From Tubulanus polymorphus (lineage: Eukaryota > Animalia > Nemertea), in assembly GCF_964204645.1 (NCBI RefSeq), contig NC_134026.1, positions 10,935,950-10,999,949 of the forward strand: 64,000 nt of DNA, given 5' to 3'. The notes under the pieces were generated by a model, which worked only from the letters and a program-made list of their open reading frames with translations, had not been told where the DNA came from and made no database searches. Positions 1-12,860 of the stretch are shown one piece after another (positions within the stretch are counted from its first letter, which is position 1; the number at the start of each line of letters is the position of its first letter). Position numbers and translations under genes: made by a program.

Positions 1-180
1 GTTGATTATATAATTGCATCCCCTCAACTATTCCAATATATTGAAGGATTTGATATTTCAGAATTTGAGCCCCTCTTTTCTGATGTACATCAAGCTGTAA
101 TTTGTAACATTAAGGTGCAAGGAAAGTTAGTAACAGCAGAAAATAATATTTCTCGCCAGCGTGCAAAGCCATGGAGAAGT

Positions 181-678
181 AGAATTAAACATGTTCTTCC
201 TTTTGGTGTTCTTAAAAATTTATATTATTGTTTTTTCAATTCACATCTTGCATATGCAACTTTAATCTAGGGTAATTCATGTAATATTTACTTGGAACCC
301 TTATTTCGTCTCCAAAAGAAAGCAATTCGGGTAATAACACATTCTTTTTGGCTAGCGCATACATCTCCAATTTTCAAGAAATTAGAAATCTTAATATACG
401 ACATATACCAATTTCAGCTGTGCAATTTTGTCTTTAGTCAAATTAATCAAAACTTACCATCAATTTTCAATGAATTTTACTGTTTTAAAAACTCCATGAC
501 AGGGCGACCTTCCCGTCGCCCACTAAATTTAAAAGTGGAATATGCGAAATCTAACTTTAGAATGAAATCATTAAAAATCCAAGGTGCAAGATCCTGGAAC
601 TTCCTTCCCGGAAAACTCAAATCTTCGAAATCACGCCCTTACTTTAAAAAATGCTTTATCAATTACTTGGTCGCATAA
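181..678 (+). pseudogene. 3' fragment of a non-LTR retrotransposon (CR1/L2-group) ORF2, C-terminal to the RT domain
   Basis: Reads KHVLPFGVLKNLYYCFFNSHLAYATLI*GNS...LFRLQKKAIRVITHSFWLAHTSPIFKKLEIL...SLKIQGARSWN, typical of the post-RT region of CR1/L2 LINEs; in-frame stop at about 268-270. Confidence 0.75.
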
Positions 679-1045
679 TACTAATGCCCGTAACGTGGCC
701 GCCATTTTATCTGTATATATATGTAAAGGGTGATCCTTGTAACGAATGTGCGTGTGTGTGTAAGTGATTTTTTTTTAGTACAAATTAATTTTATTAAACA
801 AGTCAATGGTATACAAAATGAATACATGCTAAGGTCCAGAGGACATTACAAGCAATTACAATTATAATCGAAATTACAGTGACATTTGACGGTGATCAAA
901 AATTAATAAATGCACGTAAACTGATAATTACACTAAAGGATGATAATATTAATAGCAATGAGTTGTAACAATAAAAGTAATAATAATAATAAATAATAGT
1001 AAATGATAATAATAATGATAATAATGATAATGATGATTATTATCA

Positions 1046-4000
1046 TCAGTTTGAGATTCTTTGGTTCCTAGAAATGAATTTTGCAACAAGACAGATTACT
1101 GTCGAGTTTAAATCATAGTTATAAATGGAATTTCCAAAAAGTAGGAATTCGCATTTATTCAACATATTTAGTCTATTGAAATACGGAGGTAGTTGTAGGG
1201 AATCAAGCGAAGTGAGGAGGTTGCAAAAGTCATGATGGAGGAAAGGTTCTCGACACTGAAGAAGGAAATGTGTTGTCGATTGGATTTGGTTGTAGTAGGG
1301 GCAGTCAGGATCACTTACATCAACGAAATTATGAGAATAGAAATGAAATCTCAGGAAGAGGTCTACACGCAGACGATTAAGGCAGATTTCTTCATTTCGA
1401 TTGAGGTTTTTTATTATGGTTGAACTAAGAACATTGGAGTGGTATTTATTAAAGCAGGTTCTAGATTTGAAAAGGGAAAATGAATCACAGTTTTGAAGCT
1501 TTGGTTTAACATTATTCCAATGTTCCATAAGTTGAACAATGGGTGATCGCCTCATAAATGAAGAATAAGATGCTAGGATTCTAAAAGGTCGCTGCGTTCT
1601 AAGGGCACGAGGTTGGTTCTGGCCGCGTTATGGAAATTTGTGAAAATTGAATTTACGTATGGTGGGACAAACAAAGTATGGTTTTTCATTTTAAACATAT
1701 ACAGCAAATGCCGCTCTTTACGCCTGGCGGCTAGAGTTTGTCAGTTCAAAATATGCAGGACCTTATTAGTGTTTAAGCCGTGGATACAACCGGAGACAAG
1801 GATCGCAGCTCTGTAGTGAATCCTCTCCAGTTTGTTTAGATTAGAAGTAGAGGCTCCCTGGCAGATGATATCACAGTATTCAAAGTGAGGAGTTATAAAA
1901 GATTTATAGATTAATTCTAGATGACAAGATCTAAGTTTTCGGCTTAGCAGTTTCAGTGGATTTAGGAGTTTTTGAGTTTTAGTAACCAGATGTACGATGT
2001 GTTCATGAAAATTAAGGTTTTGATCAAGAATAAGGCCTAGGTGTTTGTGGGATTGCTTTGTAGGGATTATTTCCCCGTCGAAGATGAGATTAGCGTAGTT
2101 TGCAGTACCACGTTTCGTAAAGTTGATATTGCAACATTTGGACGGTTTGAATTGGAGCCGCCAGATTTTGGCCCAAGATTCAATCTCATTAAGGTCAGTT
2201 TGTAGGATTAAACTATTCAAATTTGGGTTTTGAGGATTGACTGGCATATAGATAGACGTATCGTCGGCATAAATAAAGGTATCACTGTTTAAACTGTCTG
2301 GTAAGTCATTTATATATAAATGGAATAACAGAGGCCCTAAGATAGATCCCTGGGGAACAGAGGTATTAACGTATCCGATGGGGGTAAGTTCAGAGAAGAT
2401 TCCATTCACTTTCACTTGGATTCGGCGATTAGATAAGTAGGAGGAGATAAGATCATGTATTTTGCCGTTAATTCCATATGCTTTTAGCTTGTGAAGTAAT
2501 AATTTATGAGGTAGTGTATCAAAGGCAGCTGATATGTCAAGAAAAGCCGCCCGAACATCAAGTACCTGTTCTAATTTGGCATTAATAAAGGCCGAAATAG
2601 ATAGTAGTTGGTCAGTAGTACTATGACCAGGAAGAAAACCTGACTGGTTTGAGAAAATTAAATTATTATTTATAACATGATTGTATATATTTTGACAAAT
2701 CAATCTTTCAAACAGTTTTGAAATGGTGCAGAGAAGAGAAATTGGTCGATAATTGTTAGGGTCATCACGAGCGTCCTTTTTATGGATTACTGAAACTTGA
2801 GCGATTTTCCATATATCATGAAAATTACTGCGATCGGCTAAAGTATTAAAGAGACATGCTAGCACTGGTGAAATGGCATTAGTAGACAATTTCAACATAC
2901 TATTAGTTATTCTGTCATGACCGGGCGATTTGTTGACATCAAGTTCTAGTATAAGTTTTCTAACGGAATCAGTGGCTATATGTGGCATGAATATATCGTG
3001 CGGGCTTCTATTTGCAAAGGGGGGCAAGGCATCAATTTTAGAGTTTGAGTGATATTTATCAGATATGATTCGGAGAAACACTTTTGCCTTTTCGCTTTCA
3101 GTATCGCACATGGTTGAAGTAGCAGGATCAATTATGCTAGGATTCTGAGATGAAAATTTATCTCCAAGAAAAGTTTTTAGCAAATGCCAATAGTCGCACT
3201 TGGTTTTTGACTAGTTTTCAAGCTTGTTTTTTTGCTTTGTTTATTAGAGAATTTACAATATTGGTTTGGGATTTGTATCGGTAATAGTTTGAAGCGTAGC
3301 CAGTAGTTTTAAAGCGCCTATGTAGCCTATTTCGGGTGTTCATGGCCTGTTTGACATAATCTTTCATCCACGGTTGGTCGTTAGATTTTATGTGCACTGA
3401 TCTATGCGGTACATCATAGGAGTAAATAGCAAATAGCGCATTTGTAAATGACTCAGCCAAACTGTTTGTGTCCAAAGTTTGAAAAATAGGATTCCAATCA
3501 AATTGTTCAATAGATTCGTTGAGGCGAGTAAATATCACAAGCATTATAGTTCCAGACTATTTTCCGTCTCGGTAGCGGTTTCGAGTTTTGAAACGCCGCA
3601 TTGATCAAAAGAGTACTATGATCGGTATAGCCGATAGGCATGGTCACTGAGCATTCATTAATGAGACTCGGAGAATCTGTAAAAAGTAGATCAATACAGC
3701 TGCTGGTGCTAGCTGTAACGCGGGTTGGAGAATGTACTATTTGAGAGAAAAAAAGATCACTGGCGATCTGATACAGTTCGCGGCCAGGTGTATCTGTAAC
3801 ATCGCTGTTGCACCATAGTGTATTTTTTGCATTGAAATCGCCTATAATATGTATAGAATTATTCAGTGGATTTATCTTTTTCTGTTCGTCACATATAATA
3901 GCTTTCATCGAATCAAAAAATCGCTTCCGTTCATTCGGAGGTTGTGAGGGGGATCTATAAGTGATACACAACAACATCGTTTTAAACTTTTCTTTGATAT

Positions 4001-4646
4001 TTAACCATATCGAGTGGTTACACTTAGAAATCAGATCATTTCTAACATAACAGATTAACGAGTCGTGATAATATAAAATTAATCCTCGATTATTTGGCGT
4101 ATAATACCCTATGGAGAAACCCTCTATTGTGAAGTCATCAAGTCTTGTTGAAATATCTCCAACTTCGCAAAGAGCAACAACTTTTGCTTTTGATTCAGTG
4201 ATACGGGATTTGAGATAATCGATACGTGTTCCATTGTCAGCAGTGATGCTTCTAATATTTGAAAATAAAATAGTAAGATCAGTTGTTGTCTCAGGACCAG
4301 GGTTGACTTCGACATCATTACATAGAAGTAAAATATAATAGCGTGTTTTATAGATATAAACTAAGTTTCCGCTACCCGGTAGTAGGATCACTGAAAAAAT
4401 AGCCAAAATAGTTAAGTAGATACTGCGTGAATTGTAAGTATGCTTGCTATTTGCTGCTAAGAATTTTACCCATGCATACACTATCAGACACCCAATCATA
4501 AAGCATGTGACTACCATAACAAATGATACTAACCGGACAAGTATAATAGGGATGCCGTCGGATAGAAATAGAGATAAGTATATGAAAAGCTTTAATAGTA
4601 AAGGCACGTACAGTCTTTTGTCAGGTGCATGTCTTACGCTAGCCAC
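1046..4646 (-). pseudogene. LINE ORF2 (APE endonuclease + reverse transcriptase), split by frameshifts and stops
   Basis: APE motifs in 3507-4646 (FSNIRS, ALCE, IIGDFNAK, IDLLFT, TDH); RT motifs in 1741-3183 (NYRPISLL, FLDISAAFDTL, VPQGSILGPLLF, YADD, HLGL); C-terminal Cys/His region in 1046-1555. Spread over four ORF fragments. Confidence 0.9.
4293..4316 (-). other. 2A-like ribosomal-skipping motif DVEVNPG|P upstream of the APE domain
   Basis: LLLCNDVEVNPGP matches the D(V/I)ExNPGP consensus; it follows a hydrophobic leader of about 110 aa and directly precedes the endonuclease. Confidence 0.8.
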
Positions 4647-5082
4647 AGCGGTGCAGATGGAGTTTTCAAGAAAAAAGAACCTATCCTAATTCGGTGATAT
4701 AAGTAACTAATTGGCATTACCCAATTCCCTTTCTCACTTCCGTAATTCCCTGCCTACATTATATTACAACGCTTTGAGTCTGAAAGAAAACATAACAAAA
4801 GGTAGAAATAAAAATGAAATATAAAGAAACCATATCACTGGAGGTTGTCGGTGGTGCCGTGGTGGAACATAAGTACAATAGTAGTAGTAGTAGCGGTGGT
4901 GCGCGCAAATATTTGAACAATTCGCTAGTTTTCGGTTTCTGGAGACGAGTCAGGTATGATTTCGGCAATCAATTTCAAAATATAACGGTCGCGCTCCTTC
5001 ACTTTGCGTGGTGATTTTGCGATGGCTACTAAGCCGAACAACTTAACCCTTTCCATTAACGATAACATTAAACGGCCGATAC

Positions 5083-5385
5083 TATGGTGGCTGATTCGGG
5101 CCATGTAATAAAAAAATCACAAACGTTACAAATTTTTTTTTGCGGACGCTTAAAAGTCGTTTTATTGCGCGATAAAACGAAAATTACCACGTTAAAACTA
5201 GAAATTACCGCGATAAAATAAGAAAAAGTCGTTTTATTGCGCGATAAAACGAGAAAAAGTCGTTTTATTGCGCGATAAAATGAGAAAAAGTCGTTTTATC
5301 GCGCGATAAAACGACTTTTAGGAGTCTGTAAAAAAAAATCGCACCATTTGTGATTTTTTTCACATGGCCCGAATCAGCCACCATA
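5083..5385. mobile_element. Non-autonomous TIR transposon (IS3EU-like MITE), copy 1
   Basis: TIR TATGGTGGCTGATTCGGGCCATGT...ACATGGCCCGAATCAGCCACCATA; 6-bp TSD CGATAC at 5077-5082 and 5386-5391; internal palindromic repeats of about 31 bp. TAY...RTA ends with a 6-bp TSD fit IS3EU. Confidence 0.85.
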
Positions 5386-5421
5386 CGATACCGTATTCCC
5401 TTTCATCGGAAAAACCGGAGA

Positions 5422-6315
5422 TCACTGAGTCGTCATGAATGGAGCGATACGCATAGGGGAACCTTGCATCAAGTAAGACGCCAGGGTTGGATCTGATCCT
5501 AGTGCCCCTTTGATGTCAGATTCGTTCTGACTGGTAAACAAATACGCCTTCATTTCGAAACGATCGACGACGGTAGTTTTAGACTGCACGAGTTCCGTGT
5601 CCTGAACGAGAAGTATATCTGCAACATCCGGTGATCCGGAAAAATCTGGTGGTTGAAGTTTGCCATTGACAAACAAATTATCACGGATCAAAGAAACTTT
5701 GTTGTTACGATCAGCCCGCAGCTGTTTGAATTTACTCAATTGGGCCGCAGCCCTGTCGTTAATCTCGTTAGGAAATTGATCTTTCACAAAGAAACTACTA
5801 CCTTTACGGTTTTTGCAGCAGCTCAAGACTTCTAACTTTCCTTTACGGGTAGTGAAGCGAACAACGATGGGCCTGCTTTTAGATGACCCTTTGCCCATTC
5901 GGTGGGCAACATCGATGACTATGCTGGTCTCCATTTTATCTCGCGGCACTTTCATGTTGTCTAACGAAGAAGTCGGTTGCTACTTTTCGACAATTTTCGC
6001 CAGTTTCCTCCTCCATGTTGAAAATGACTACGTTTTGTTGCATCGATCTGCGTTTAAGATCGATGTTTTCTTGGGAGAGCTGCTCGATTTTAAGCTCAGC
6101 GCGTTCGAGGCGCCTGTTCAATCCGTTAATCATGTCCAGAAGTTGGAATATTTGGTCATTGTTGGGGACTGTCGGCTGCAGGTCATTTTGCAGAGTACTG
6201 GTGCTGGAACTGAGTGACCGGACCGGGCGCTGAAATCTCTTTTTTTGTCCAGGCGTTTCATTTGTTGCTTTGGGTAGACATTTTCACGATTATGCCCAAC
6301 TAATAAAGGGGCCAA
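5422..6315 (-). pseudogene. LINE ORF1 (coiled coil + L1-type RRM), frameshifted
   Basis: RSMQQNVVIFNMEEETGENC and IDVAHRMGK...RPIVVRF...KDQFP are characteristic L1-type ORF1p motifs. Three ORF pieces; upstream of and co-oriented with the ORF2 at 1046-4646, so possibly the same element. Confidence 0.75.
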
Positions 6316-7643
6316 TGCGATCGAATCGACTGTGAATATCAGTACGGCTATGACTACCAGTACGAATGAGAAAATGGCGGAGCAGTATGACGAGGCAGTT
6401 TTAGAAATAATGGAAACTCAGGTTTTCCAGATTTCCAGAAACGATAACTCTAATTTTAACAAAGCTGGACTCGGAGGAACCAGAAAGTTATTGACGTTGC
6501 TTGGTACCTGTATAAAGTGACAATTATAGCAGCAATACCACCAATTATTTGATAATCACTCTCCGGCTTGACCACCGACCAGCTTAGTCCGCCATATTCA
6601 ATCCGTTTTGTGTAAGTGATGAGTCCATGTGAGAGTGATTGTTGATCGAGGGGTAAGGACACGTATAAGTCAACTTTTGACTTCTCTTTACTCCCCGCAC
6701 TATATATTGTTACTCTGAATATAATGTATATTGTGTCGATATTTTTGTAACAATTTATTTTGCAAATAAATTCATTCAAATTCATTCATTTTGTCACCGT
6801 AAATTTGGATTTCCAGTACGTCGATGATGAGCATATAAACGCCCGCAAAAAAAATCACTGTCGTACACTATACAGCTATGCGGGCGACCGGGTTTTAATT
6901 TTCATCAAAAAACGAGGATTGATGTTTTTTGATTTTCATTATGGATGCGGCATTTGACTTCCTTGAGAAACTAGGGTATTTCTTTGTGTGGCCTTATGCT
7001 GAGTTGGACGGCGGATTTTCGACTTTAGGATTCGAGTCGAGAGTTGAGTCCACTGTACTATCTAGCGTGGTTACCATGTTGTACCCCACGAGCCGTCGAA
7101 TCTGCTTTCCAGAGGCCTTTTAGAATATATTTGACAACCTGTCTATAAGGTGGTGCCGAAGTCGGATCGACGTTTTACGTCGGCACGATTCTTACGGTGA
7201 GTTATCGCTGGTAGGAATCGCGTCGAATATTCTCATAATCGTCACGATCAAACGTCACGTGAAACGGAAATCCTATTACGTTTCTATTCATATTTTCGCG
7301 TTTTTGTACCCGATACGGACTTTATACGGATACGCGATTCTGGCTGACGTCACGTTTCGTATTTACGCAATCTCGGCGCTTTTGGATTTTGTATGCGTTC
7401 GAATTCGGCGGTTGGATCGCGTTCTTATTTCCTTTCGCGTTTCTATGTTTTCAAGCGTCGAGGAATGAGGTCTCTGTGCCACCTGCTATCCCGCTAGATG
7501 GCGCGCGTATCAGTGCGACAACCCTGAAAATTGTAACTGAAAATTGTAGTGATCAATCTATCTTATTTTGTGTCTCTCCTGTATTTTATTTTTCTTTGTG
7601 TGATCTTTTTAAACCTCCGTATACTATCAATTTTAGTCAGGAG

Positions 7644-7687
7644 AATAAAGTTATATCTTATCTTATCTTATCTTATCTCTTATCTTA
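7644..7687 (+). repeat. AATAAA + (TATCT)n tail, probable 3' end of a truncated LINE
   Basis: aataaagttatatcttatcttatcttatcttatctcttatctta. Confidence 0.5.
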
Positions 7688-10403
7688 CCCTGAAAAATCT
7701 TACCCTGAAACCGATCACGCAATAGCTACGTAATTACCGTAGCAACACATGGTTCCCACAGTACAGGAAAATTGGATAGGGGAAAACTTGATTATGTTGA
7801 ATGATATTTTAAGTTTGGAAATACTTATTTGGGAATAAAGAAATTTTCCTTTAGTCAGGGAAATATTGGTTTGTTTGTTTGTTTGTTTAGCCAAAGGGAT
7901 ACTTTCTTCAGCTATTTTTCTTGATAATCACCTTTTTTAGCCGATCACCACAAAAACTGTACTATAATGATATCGGTTCATTTTTACGAAGGCCCCTTTT
8001 TCCAATTGGAAAAAATAGAGAATAACCCATGTACTATCAAACTTAGGAAAAAGTTGGGAATTACTAATTCATGTTATAACTGTGAGAACCATGGCAACAG
8101 CAAGATACAATGGAAGTGTTGAAAGTGATGGGTTCGCGCCCCCTTCCGTACTCCTACTAAATATCAACTGGCAACTAATTTAGCGCTGGAAGTATGATAT
8201 ATTCGAATGTGGCAACTGGTATAGCACTGGAACTCTAGATATCTTGAACTAATAAATACAAGTTTGTTAACGTTAAATGAAAACACTATATCCGTGTAAA
8301 AGCGAGAATGTTTTTACAGGTGTTTTTAACGCCATTTCCAAAAAGATAAATGACGATAGAAAATGTATAAAAAAATGGTTACGCCAATCCAACGGCATGT
8401 ATCAACAGCAATTTTAGTTGACATCAACATCTTTTCAAATAGAAATAACGTAGAAACGTAGAAATAATGTAACGAATTTCTCAACGTTTTTTCAAAGTTG
8501 AATTAAGGTTGTGTGTTAGTTGGGGCATAAATACTGTTAGAATTTTTTATATTTGTATATACATGTATTTTATACTCCTCTATTGTACAAAACCAACGAT
8601 GTAAAACAGTCTTTACGGAGAAAATAAAGGTACTTTAAATTGAATTTGGCGCCCACCTGTCTATGTTTCAAGCCAATCAGATGCTTTGTTTTTCACCGGC
8701 AGGTTCGCTCTATCAATACCACGCATCTGATTGGCTAGATCTTATGTATCGTAGCCGCTGAGCGGCAACCTGCCGGGCGAAGAAATCTTAGGCAGTGTAT
8801 TAGACCCGGCAATAAGGGCCAGGATTTGTGTTGGTGAAATATTCGATAATGATAATTGAAAATGATAATATTTATCAACAGAATTTGAACGGTTTTCTGC
8901 ACAACCAGTGTACAAGTACAAGAACAACAAGTACAAGTACGTATGATATGATATGATATATCTATCTGAGTGACATTATGTGTATGATTAGTTCACTTAC
9001 AATTCTTTAACACTCAACCCTCGTGCCTCGTGGGTTGATGGTATATCCAGGACTGAAAAGTCACCTCACATTGCGCATGTATCTGCGTAGGTTACAACAC
9101 GTATTTCTCGGTTCCGAGATATTATTGTTAACAAATACACACAGATCCTTAACAGCCAATTGTTTATCGGAAATCTATAGTGGATAAATAAACAACATCA
9201 ACACAAGGTATTTCTGTGATATTTTGAATCTATTTGCAGTTTAAATTTAGCGCCATTCTCGCAGGATTGTCAACCAACCCGGAGCGGAAGTAAAATCCAA
9301 GCCAGTTTACAAGCCCCTGATTACTCGTCTTTATTGTATCCGTATGAAGTCTAAGGTGAGTGTAAGCGATTGGTGTGTATGGTTTATTCCTTATGAATGC
9401 ATGGAGGGCCTTTAAATTGTGTGAGACGTTTATAACATTGAGAATCACTGCGATGGGTGTTAGGTCTGCGGTACCCGGTACGTACGCGCGCGCGACACCG
9501 ACACCGGCTTCCACTTCAAAAATTATGAAAAAAATATTAGAAATAATCGACATCTGATATACACCAAATATACCTCTAAAGAAATGTATTTATAGCGTCG
9601 GATATTGTGTCGAGAATTTCAGATCTTCCAACCACACAGGGGCCGTATCTCACACATCCTCGCTTGCTAGGGGTCCGGTATCGCTCCCGAACTCGCTTCC
9701 ACCAGCCCCTGGGAAAACCTATTCCTTATTGATCTCTTGCTGCTCATAATAGTTCGTGGCTCCACTTCGCGAGATACCGTATCTCTTCATATGTGGTTGA
9801 AATGAATTACCTAGAAAAACGTTTCTTTTTAGAAAATATTCTGGAAAGCAGGCCCATTTTTCCTGGAAAAAAAATATTCCTAAAATTGGTCGGGTCTGGT
9901 GTATGAACCAATTAAGTTGATTGACAAGCGCAGCTTCGCACCTCAATTTGTCGATGACGTCAGATAGAAACAATGACATTACCACGTGCGCATGCAAACA
10001 GACAAATGAGAAAAAAATATTTTGATACATACACGTATTTGAATAAGCGTAACAGAGATTCCTTTGACTTTTGATTAATTATTTTAATCTAAGCCAGCTA
10101 GTGGATGGAATAATTCAATAGTCTCCATATTTTATTCCACAAAGTCTCACATAATTTCTGCCGACCTTTATTATTCTGCGTATGATATTAGATTTTTCTT
10201 TATTTTTAGGATATGAACAGCAAAGAAACATTTGGCAGATACATTTCATGACTGTTCACACCTGAGTCGATATTTCATAATTTTCTGATGTAACTCAGTA
10301 TTGCTGAAGATGGCTATTGTTGAAACTTTGGAATAAACCTCAAGCTCAAGGAAACATTTTCGTACTTCCCCATCATTATTGTAGAATCTCGTTATATTAT
10401 CAT

Positions 10404-10496
10404 AGTAATTGGAATATCAGGGGTTCAGATCAGAGGACGAGAGGACGAGACACCACTCATCACCACAAGTAATTTTTTTTCCTAATAAATGGGAGA
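10404..10496 (+). repeat. Left TIR of the Polinton (93 bp)
   Basis: AGTAATTGGAATATCAGGGG...TTTTTTTTCCTAATAAATGGGAGA is the exact reverse complement of 27665-27757; includes the ATG at 10489. Confidence 0.97.
10473..10491 (+). promoter_or_regulatory. Poxvirus-late-like promoter T(n)-N5-7-TAAATG (representative copy)
   Basis: TAAATG at ATGs 10489, 12288, 12826, 13719, 14847, 16125, 17609, 18951, 19400, 19816, 20062, 20422, 21282 and 27672; TAAATAATG at 21213; upstream T5-T8 run in 12 of 15 genes. The motif is seen directly; promoter function is inferred. Confidence 0.75.
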
Positions 10497-10815
10497 TAGA
10501 AAAGCATTCTTAGCAACAATGAATAACAGAATTAAACCAACAAAAAAACAATTTGAAATAAAAAAGTTAGTTGATGTTACAAAAGAAATTGAACATAAAA
10601 TATTGAAATTAGAAAAGATAAAAACTAAATATGGAGAGAAAGTATCAGCTAATTTAAGCTACTGTAATGTTAGTACATCACGAGAATTTAAAGTGTTTTT
10701 ACCCGATAAATGGGTTTCATTGAGTACAGAGGAATTGAAAGATTTAGTAGGATTTAAAATAATATATCATGGGAAAAATGAAGACGGTCATCATGATTTG
10801 GAAATTGTTGATTAA
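10489..10815 (+). CDS. Polinton hypothetical protein (108 aa), start codon inside the left TIR
   Basis: Intact ORF preceded by T8-CCTAA-TAAATG like the other element genes; no domain recognised. Confidence 0.7.
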   Translation: MGDRKAFLATMNNRIKPTKKQFEIKKLVDVTKEIEHKILKLEKIKTKYGEKVSANLSYCNVSTSREFKVFLPDKWVSLSTEELKDLVGFKIIYHGKNEDGHHDLEIVD

Positions 10816-11919
10816 ATAAAAAATAAAAATAATGAATATCTAAAAATGACCTTAGTCGTTTTATAAACAACTACAATCATACAGTCAAACATCTGTTACA
10901 TGTTATTACAAGAGAGTGCTTCATTTGAATATTGATCGATCAAACAGGTGTTGCACAACGTTGTTGTTATATAATAAGCACGCAGTACTTACAACACACA
11001 CAAGCCAGTTAGCCGGCATTGAACTACCGCGTTTTCATTAGTTGCTGAAAGCGAGGTTTATTTAAATTAGATAGGCCGTGACGAAGGATAGTCATCATTC
11101 TCTCGTGATTAAAAGGAATATTTCAATGTTTTTACGGTAAGTTTTAGCAAAATTGCCCTATCCTCGACCTATCCTCGAGTTTTCAGGGGATAAGCATCCC
11201 ATTATTGAAAGGCGCCACGGGACGCTTATCCCCCGTCATTTCTACTTACACCCCCGGCGACCCACGTCAACCGGGATCTCCTTCAATGATTGGTAGAAAT
11301 CACATTATATTAAAGGCGCCTAATGTAATTTCTACCAATCTCGAAATTCGAAACCGAAGGAGAAACCCGGAGAGTGGACGAAGGTGCATTTTCAAAATGC
11401 CTCTGCTGGCCAGAGCTATTCCAGTGTTTGAATGAATTACCTTATATACTTAGCTAAAACACCTAAGTAAATGTTGTTGGTGCTAAAAAAATATGTGAAA
11501 TTTGAAATTATAAATTATTCCGAATGAAAAGAATATAAGAATGAAAACTGATAAATGAATTATGGATTTTTAACTTAATTATGATATAATTTTTAATCAA
11601 ATTAGTAATCAATTACTATGTTAATTGATTAACAAATTCAAATTCAAATTCAAATATTCATTTCAGCATACCCAGTGTTGTCATCTTTCAATTTAAGAAA
11701 AAACTAATAATAAGAAACGACTGTAATACAATATTCAAGTAAAAACAAAATAAATTAATAAAAATAATGAATATCTAGAATCCGAAATGACTTATCTGGA
11801 CAATTTAATTGCTCCGCATAGATGGTGCCATAAACGGCACCCACACAGTGATAGACAAAAGTAGTGAGATATTCAATTAATTAAAAAAAATTATTTTTTT
11901 TTGCTTTTTTTCTAAAATA

Positions 11920-12288
11920 TTAATCCATTTTTTTTATTATCAATTTTGGAATTTCAGAAGTACTTTCATTTTTGATAGCAGTTGGTTCAGAATTACTAAT
12001 ATCATGAATTTTATTTGATTTCTTATACCAATTACACCCAATCAAAATGAATACAATTACAAATCCAACTGTAAAATATAAATATTTATCAAATATTCTA
12101 CTATCAGAAGGAGTAGAAATAACAATATTTTCACCATTTTTATTAACATTTTTATTACTTATTTTTTCTTTTACAGCTTTTTTATATTCTTGTGATTTAA
12201 TTCCTAATTGTCGAGACCATTCAATTTGTTTCTGAGTTCTCGGTTTTTTCTTCACAGTTAATTCCTTCACTTCTTTCACCTCGCTCAT
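11920..12288 (-). CDS. Polinton small membrane protein (122 aa)
   Basis: TAAATG start; basic N-terminus and one hydrophobic segment (YLYFTVGFVIVFILIGCNW). Confidence 0.7.
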   Translation of the reverse strand: MSEVKEVKELTVKKKPRTQKQIEWSRQLGIKSQEYKKAVKEKISNKNVNKNGENIVISTPSDSRIFDKYLYFTVGFVIVFILIGCNWYKKSNKIHDISNSEPTAIKNESTSEIPKLIIKKMD

Positions 12289-12826
12289 TTATTATAGAAA
12301 TATTTTTACTTTCAATATTTGAAAATGTTATAACCCCAGTTGATAATAATGTCATAAATCCACCTAATTGAAATGATAAATATCCAATCCATTTATTTAA
12401 TTCAGTCATAACTAAATAATCATTTTTTAAATCGGAATATAATCTATTTTCATCTTCAATTGGTAGTATATAATTACATAATTTACTATAACCTTTTACT
12501 ACATTTTCTGATATCGCGTCATTAATTTTAGCTGTTCTCGCGGCTTCATAAATCTTAAATAATCTAATAATTTCAACTGATTTCATTGTATCTAATTCAT
12601 TATAAGTTAAATTTTTATCGACAAATTTTTTACATTTTCCAGATGCTATTAATATTTCTAATTGATGTTTGCAATAAAGATAATATTCATAATTATTATT
12701 TGTTGTAACATTATTTAAAACACCATCATCTGGAATTAGTTTGTTTTCTGTTATTCCTAAATCATCTAAAGTTTTTTCAATTGGAACATCACCATCTTTA
12801 GATTTTATTTTCTTTTCACCTCCCAT
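12221..12826 (-). CDS. Polinton hypothetical protein (201 aa)
   Basis: T7-GTTATA-TAAATG start; intact ORF in the minus-strand gene array. Confidence 0.75.
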   Translation of the reverse strand: MGGEKKIKSKDGDVPIEKTLDDLGITENKLIPDDGVLNNVTTNNNYEYYLYCKHQLEILIASGKCKKFVDKNLTYNELDTMKSVEIIRLFKIYEAARTAKINDAISENVVKGYSKLCNYILPIEDENRLYSDLKNDYLVMTELNKWIGYLSFQLGGFMTLLSTGVITFSNIESKNISIINERGERSEGINCEEKTENSETN

Positions 12827-12860
12827 TTATATAACAAAAAAATTAATTGTGTGATGTTGC

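Larger units (their letters stand above)
768..4700 (-). mobile_element. Non-LTR retrotransposon (CR1/L2 group): ORF2 region, 3' UTR and poly(A) tail
   Basis: APE endonuclease and RT ORF pieces on the minus strand; AATAAA at 790-795 (minus) followed by an A9 tail at 768-776; AAT/GAT microsatellite in the 3' UTR (about 975-1045). The 5' boundary is approximate. Confidence 0.85.

Noticed and set aside
8671-8737. Inverted AGCCAATCAGATGC pair as a CCAAT-box promoter
   Set aside because: No associated gene visible; such inverted CCAAT pairs are common inside invertebrate non-autonomous repeats.
11205-11435. 76-aa ORF inside the Polinton
   Set aside because: TTG start, no TAAATG motif, composition unlike the element's genes.
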